Part shown: piece after piece, positions 61,313-64,000 of the stretch
Layout of the letters: every line of letters starts with the position of its first letter
Position numbering within the stretch: position 1 is the stretch's first letter
Source: Mobula hypostoma
Taxonomy: Eukaryota
NCBI RefSeq assembly: GCF_963921235.1
Contig: NC_086097.1
Location: forward strand, 48,982,001 to 49,046,000
Reading direction: 5' to 3'
Length of the DNA: 64,000 nt
Notes under the pieces: model-generated
Seen by the model: only the letters and a program-made list of their open reading frames with translations
What the model was told of the DNA's origin: nothing
Databases searched by the model: none
Made by a program: the position numbers and the translations under genes

Positions 61313-63310
61313 GTCATAGAGTCATAGAAAAGTACAGCACAGAAACAGGGCCTATGGCCCATCAAGTCTGTACCGAACCATTTAATCTGCCTACTCCCAT
61401 TAACCTGCACTGGGACCATAGCCTTCCTTACTCCTACTATTCATGTATTTATCCAAACTTCTATTAGACGTTGAAGTTGAAGTCGCTTGCACCACTTGTG
61501 CTGGCAGCTTGTTTTCACATTCTCACAACCCTCTGTGTGAAGAAGTTTCACCTCGTGTTCCTCTTAAACTTTTCAGCTTTCACCTTTAACCCATGACCTC
61601 TGGCTGCAGTCTCACCCAACCTCAGTGGAACAAGCCTGCTTGCATTTACCCTATCTATACCCCTCATAATCTTGAATACCTCTATCAAATCTCCTCTCAA
61701 TCTTTTATGTTCCAAGGAATAAAGTCCAAACCTATTCAACATTAACTTATAACTCAGGTCCAGCAAAATCCTTGTAAAATTTCTCTGTACTCTTTCAACC
61801 TTATTTACATCTTTCCTGTAGGTAGATGACCAAACTGCACACAATACTCCAAATTAGACCTCAACAGTGCCTTATACAACTTCAACGTAACATCCCATCT
61901 GCTGCACGTGATACTTTGATTTATGAAGGCCAATGTGCCAAGAGCTTTCTTTACAACCTTATCTACCCGTGACACCATTTTCAATGAATTATGGACCTGC
62001 ATTCCCAGATCTCTTTGTTCTATCGCACTCCTCAATGCCCTACCATTCGCTGTGTAAGACCAACCCTAGTTAGTTCTACTGAAGTGCAAGATCTTGCACT
62101 TGTCTGCAATAATTCAATCTGCCATTTTTTCAGCTGGCCCAGATCCCGCTGCAAGCCATGGTAGGTTTCCTTGTTGTCATCCACAAATTTGCTGATCCAG
62201 TTAACCACATTACCATCCAGATGATTGATATATAAGACAAACAACAACAGACACAACAACAGTCCCTGCGGCACTACACTAGTCACAGGCCTTCAGTCAG
62301 AGAGGCAACCATAGAATCTACTACCCCTCTCTGGCTTCTCCCACAAAGCCAATGTTTAATCCAATTCATTATCTTACCTTGAATGCCGAATGACTGAACC
62401 TTCTTGACTAACCTCCCTTGTGAGATCTTGTCAAATAACTTGCAAAAGCCCATGTAGACAATATCCACCATCTTGTCTTCATCCCCTTTCCGGGTAACTT
62501 CCTCATAAAACTCTATAAGATCAGTTAGACGTGCCCTACCAAAGTCATGTTGACTATCCTTAATCCGGCCATGTCTGAACAAATACTTGTATATCTGGTC
62601 TCTTAGAATATGTCAGCCTATAATTTCCTACTTTATGTTTAGAGCCTGACTTAAATAGTAAAACAACATTGGCTATCCTGGTACTTCACCTGTGCTAAGG
62701 ATGATTTAAACATCTCTGCTAAGGCCAAGGCAATTTCTGCACCTGCATCCTACAGGGTCCGAGGAACATTTTGTCTGGCCCTGAGGATTTATCCACCCTA
62801 ATTTTCCTCAGTACAGCAAACACCTCCTCCTCTGAAATCTGTACAGGGTCTAAGGAATCAATGCGCTTTGCCTCACTTCTAAAGACTCTATGTACATCTC
62901 TGAGTAAATACAAATGCAAGACATTAATTTAAGATCTCCCCCGTCTCTTTTGGCTCCACACATGGATTACCACTCTGATCTTCCAGAGGACCAATTTTGT
63001 CCCTTGCAATTCTTTTGCTCCTAACATACCTGTAGAAACCCTTAGGATTCTCTATCAGCTTGTCTGCTAGAGCAACCTCATGCCTTCTTTTAGCCCTCTT
63101 GCTATCTTTCTTAAGTGTTCTGTTGTACTTCTTAAACTCCATAAGCACCTCATTTGTTCCTACCTGCCTATACCTGCTCTGCTCCTCTTTTTTTTTACTA
63201 AGGGCATCAACATCCCTTGAAAACCAAGGTTCCCTACACGTGTTAACTTTACCTTTTATTCTGACAGGCTTTGTACACTCAGAATTGGACTTTTGAAGGC
63301 CTCCCACCAC
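61313..63310 (-). mobile_element. Degenerate CR1 ORF2 and 3' end
   Basis: Successive ORF fragments 62924-63310, 62283-62582, 61805-62035 and 61548-61844 carry CR1 motifs; (gtcataga)n tail. Confidence 0.9.
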
Positions 63311-63379
63311 TTTTACTTATATACCTTTTACTTTATCTTCCTCCTTCTCTTTCTCCTTCCAGCATATTCTTCCTTCTGC

Positions 63380-63915
63380 AACACACACACACACAATGCT
63401 GGGGGTCTCAGCAGGTCAGGTAGCATCAACGCAAATGAATAAACAGCTGACTTTTTGTGCCGAGACCTTTCATCAGGACTGGAAAGGAAGGGGGAAGGCG
63501 CCAGAATAAGGAGTTGGGCTGAGAAGAAGGAATCTGATCAGAGAGGAAAATAGGCCATGGGAGAAAGGGAACAAGGAGCGTCACCGGGGGAGGTGATAAG
63601 CAGTTGAGGAGAAGAGACTAGAAGCCAGAGTGAGAAATGGAAGGTGAGGGAAGGGGGAGGGGAAAAGAGAAAAATAATTACTGGAATTTGAAATCGATGC
63701 CATCAGGTTCGAGGCTACCTAAATGGAATATGAGGTGTTGCTCCTCCACCCTGAGAATGGCTTCATCATGACAAAAGAGGAGGCCATGGATTGGCATGTC
63801 AGAATGGGAATAGGAATAGGAATTAAAACGGTTGTCCACTGGGAAATTCCGCTTTAGGCAGACGGAGCTGAGAAGCTCGAAAAAGTGATCCTCCAATTTA
63901 TGTTGGTCCTCCAAT
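63380..63915 (-). mobile_element. Penelope-like element 3' part (GIY-YIG C-terminus + terminal repeat)
   Basis: FNSYSYSHSDMPIHGLLFCHDEAILRVEEQHLIFHLGSLEPDG; mutated hammerhead motif at ~63445-63482. Confidence 0.85.
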
Positions 63916-64000
63916 GTATGTTTGTCTTCTGTTTGCTGACATTGTACTCTGTTTGAACCAACACTGTACCTTATTTTCCCAACCTTGTCTAGGTACATTA

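Noticed and set aside
119..63998. Remaining short ORFs in the six-frame track as host exons
   Set aside because: They are antisense or off-frame readings of repeats, or low-complexity AT-rich sequence. I recognised no host protein with consistent splice signals.

Overview
Eukaryotic, non-genic, repeat-dominated DNA from a vertebrate. It is most likely a cartilaginous fish (ray or shark), inferred from an HE1-like V-SINE, abundant CR1 LINEs and Penelope-like elements (PLEs). I found no intact host gene, RNA gene or CRISPR array. Most of the window is nested transposon debris: CR1, Rex1/Babar-like, RTE, Penelope, Gypsy, a solo LTR, Tc1, Tigger/pogo and three kinds of hAT. The most notable feature is at ~6.8-12.4 kb: a minus-strand Gypsy LTR retrotransposon whose RT/RNaseH/integrase core has been replaced by a processed SUDS3 mRNA, fused in frame to the region just after the protease. 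That SUDS3 copy carries an antisense, intronless RNF213 RING-region fragment between 10-bp direct repeats. Next to it are an inverted gag zinc knuckle and twin 35/39-bp hairpins that share one 42-nt loop. Other highlights are a perfect 93-bp-arm palindrome at 17.5 kb containing an intact minimal hammerhead ribozyme of a PLE, and modules exchanged between unrelated DNA transposons. All protein and family assignments come from recognising motifs by eye, not from database searches. Boundaries of degenerate repeats are approximate.
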